The notes under the pieces are model-generated. The model was not told where the DNA came from. It searched no databases and saw only the letters and a list, made by a program, of their open reading frames with translations. Shown here in pieces: positions 61,669-64,000 of a DNA stretch of 64,000 bases. The translations under genes were made by a program, and so were the position numbers. Each line of letters starts with the position of its first letter. Positions within the stretch are counted from its first letter, which is position 1. The DNA comes from Podospora anserina (taxonomy: Eukaryota), in NCBI GenBank assembly GCA_017654855.1, contig CM030333.1:4712001-4776000 (forward strand). The letters run 5' to 3'.

Positions 61669-63513
61669 ATGACAGTCGGTCTCACCGAGGACCGTCTTGG
61701 GCCCGGTGCTGACGACGGGTCCGGCAGCTCCACCACCTCAGCAACCATCGCCGCTACCGAGCAAACACCCCTTCTCGCGTCCGACACATCCTCAGTCACC
61801 ATCGCCCGTCACATCTCCCTTGAACGAGAGTCAACAGTCCATAATGAGCCCTCAGAGGAAGATGAACACCCTCCCCTGGGCTGGAAAAGAGGCACAGCCA
61901 TCATCTTATCCATGTGGGCTCTTATCTTCCTCCAAGCAGCCAACATGTCTGGCATCAGCACCACTCAATCTTCCATTGCTGAGGACCTGGATGCCTACCA
62001 AAACGCCATGTGGTTTACGTCTTCGTACATGATTAGCGTGTCCTCCACCGCTCCTCTTGTTGGTCGTCTGTCCATGATATTCTCGCCTGGGGTGATGGTG
62101 CTCATATGCTCGACGTGGTTTGCCATTGGGGCGGTTATTGTTTCGGTTGCGCCTACATTCGGGGTGTTTATCCTAGGCAGAGTGTTGTGTGGTGTTGGGA
62201 GCGGTGGGATCATGACACTGTGTATGATACTGGTTATCCAGCTCACCTCCAAGAAGAAAAGGGGGCTGTGGATCGGACTAGTAAACGCGGGCTTCACCAT
62301 AGGAGTCTCAACAGGCGCAGTGGTATTCGGTGCACTCCTCCCAGTCATAGGATGGGTAAGCTCCCCCTCCCCTATTCAACCATCCCTTCCAGAACTAACC
62401 TTTCCCCTCCCCCAGCGCCTCCTCTTCGGATCTCAAGCCCCCCTCTCCTTCCTCGCCGGCCTGGGCGTATTCCTCAGCATCCCCCACCGCCCCTCCACTC
62501 ACCACTCCCGCGACAAATCCCTCCTCACCAAACTCTCCAGCATCGACTACCTCGGCGCCCTCACCCTCACCGCCACCATCACCTCCCTGTTATACGCCCT
62601 CTCAACCTACACCCGTGCCCCCCTAGCTCTATCCCTCCTCTCCCTCTCCCTCTTCCTACTAATCGAATCCCGCCACCCCGACCCCATCATCCCTCTCCCC
62701 ATCCTCTCCTCCCGCGGCGTCTTACTATCTTGCCTGTCCCAACTAGGCTTCATGGCCTCGCGGTGGACAGTCCTCTTCTACGCCCCCATCTTCATCCTGG
62801 CCGTCCGCGGCCTCTCCCCCGCCCTCGCCGGCTCCGTCCTCATCCCCACCAACCTCGGCTTCGGCATCGGGGGTCTGCTCGTAGGCTGGCTGCACATCAA
62901 GCGCTCCGGCTCCTTCTGGCTGCCCTGCCTCTTATCCCTCTTCATCTTTGGCTGCTCCCTCTTTGAACTCTCGTTCGTGAGCAACCACGAGACGAGATAC
63001 GGGGTTTATATCGCCGTGGTCTTCATCAACGGGTTGTGTACCGGCGCAGCGGTGAACTACACGCTCGCTCACCTGTTGCATCTCGCACCGGCAAAAGACC
63101 ATTTTATCGTTACAAGTTTGCTGGCTACGTTTAGGGGTTTCGCGGGGAGTTTTGGGACGGGGATTGGGGGCGGGGTTTTCAACCGGGTTCTGAGAGGTAG
63201 TTTAACACGGGGCTTTCTGGAGCTGGGGCATGGGGAGTTCACGGACCGGAGGGAGAAGTTGATTACCGTTTTGGTGGGCAGTCCGGCCGCTGTCTGGCAA
63301 GAAGGGGTACTCAGCAAGATGGAACGGGGGGTTGCTGTGGGCGGGTATGAGATGGCGCTGAGAAAGTTGTACATGGGTGCCGCTGGGGTGACGGTGGTGG
63401 TGTTGATTTTGCAGTGGGCCACAGGCTGGAAGGGGGTGGAAGACGAGACAAAGACAGATGAGGAGGGGATTAGAGAGGCCATGGTGGAGGCTGATCCCGC
63501 CATGGAGGCTTAA
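61669..63513 (+). CDS. MFS transporter (DHA2/Vba-like), 2 exons
   Basis: N-terminal EQTPLL sorting motif, WFTSSY, GRVLCGVGSGG, KKRGLWIG, IDYLGA, DPIIPL and many transmembrane segments. In-frame intron 62356-62415. Confidence 0.9.
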   Translation: MTVGLTEDRLGPGADDGSGSSTTSATIAATEQTPLLASDTSSVTIARHISLERESTVHNEPSEEDEHPPLGWKRGTAIILSMWALIFLQAANMSGISTTQSSIAEDLDAYQNAMWFTSSYMISVSSTAPLVGRLSMIFSPGVMVLICSTWFAIGAVIVSVAPTFGVFILGRVLCGVGSGGIMTLCMILVIQLTSKKKRGLWIGLVNAGFTIGVSTGAVVFGALLPVIGWVSSPSPIQPSLPELTFPLPQRLLFGSQAPLSFLAGLGVFLSIPHRPSTHHSRDKSLLTKLSSIDYLGALTLTATITSLLYALSTYTRAPLALSLLSLSLFLLIESRHPDPIIPLPILSSRGVLLSCLSQLGFMASRWTVLFYAPIFILAVRGLSPALAGSVLIPTNLGFGIGGLLVGWLHIKRSGSFWLPCLLSLFIFGCSLFELSFVSNHETRYGVYIAVVFINGLCTGAAVNYTLAHLLHLAPAKDHFIVTSLLATFRGFAGSFGTGIGGGVFNRVLRGSLTRGFLELGHGEFTDRREKLITVLVGSPAAVWQEGVLSKMERGVAVGGYEMALRKLYMGAAGVTVVVLILQWATGWKGVEDETKTDEEGIREAMVEADPAMEA

Positions 63514-64000
63514 ATCTAGAGTTGGTATATTTCCGTCAATTTAAGAAAAACGATGCAAGGAGTTCACGATACAGTCTAGTCGGTTATAAGAATGACCATG
63601 TAGACCTGAACAATGGCCGAAGTCCTGTAAACGTACGTGCTTTTAATTCTTCACCAATATCACTATCACCCCTCTCTCATCTACATCTACTACCCCCCCC
63701 ATCATTTTACACCCAAAGATACCCACCGCTCAACATCCGATACCATCCCACCTTTCCTTATTCGGTTTTCCCTCTCATATGCATCACATACATTCCGTCC
63801 CCTCGTTCCTACCACCCCAGGAAATTATCTAGAGAACTAGGAAGAGTCATCCATTCGTATCATTCGTCCATTTTCCCCTCCCCAAGTCCCAAACAAAACC
63901 CCATTATCCTTTTTTTGTTTTGTACTCCACCCACCCTCCCGTTCTAAAATTTTGCGTTTATGCCGAATATCAGGGCATGGTTGTTTCTGGTCCAGCTATA

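Overview
Gene-dense, intron-containing chromosomal DNA from a filamentous ascomycete (Sordariales; most likely the Podospora anserina species complex, inferred from gene content, RIP signature and LTR architecture). About 19 conserved genes are recognisable: NHP2 (3' part), a DUF1761-like membrane protein, NEM1, QCR8, PHB1, REX3, a GT8 glycosyltransferase, SWE1/WEE1, MRC1, ADA1/HFI1, SPC98/GCP3, an MHP1/GIP3-like LRR protein, RPL5, a HAD hydrolase, MCM2, UBR7/mlo2, URA4 and an MFS transporter, plus a small secreted Cys-rich protein. A ~6 kb AT-rich, RIP-mutated island of nested LTR retrotransposons lies between MRC1 and ADA1 (~31240-37280), and its insertion order can be read from target-site duplications. 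Manually reversing the RIP changes reveals two main points. First, the gypsy/chromovirus element carries an antisense, intron-containing gene with exact Zn(II)2Cys6 spacing, a coiled-coil-like segment and an acidic tail, between its chromodomain and 3' LTR. Second, the primer-binding site is complementary to a conserved 9-mer downstream of the LTR TATA box, suggesting Tf1-type self-priming. All assignments come from reading the sequence; no database searches were run.
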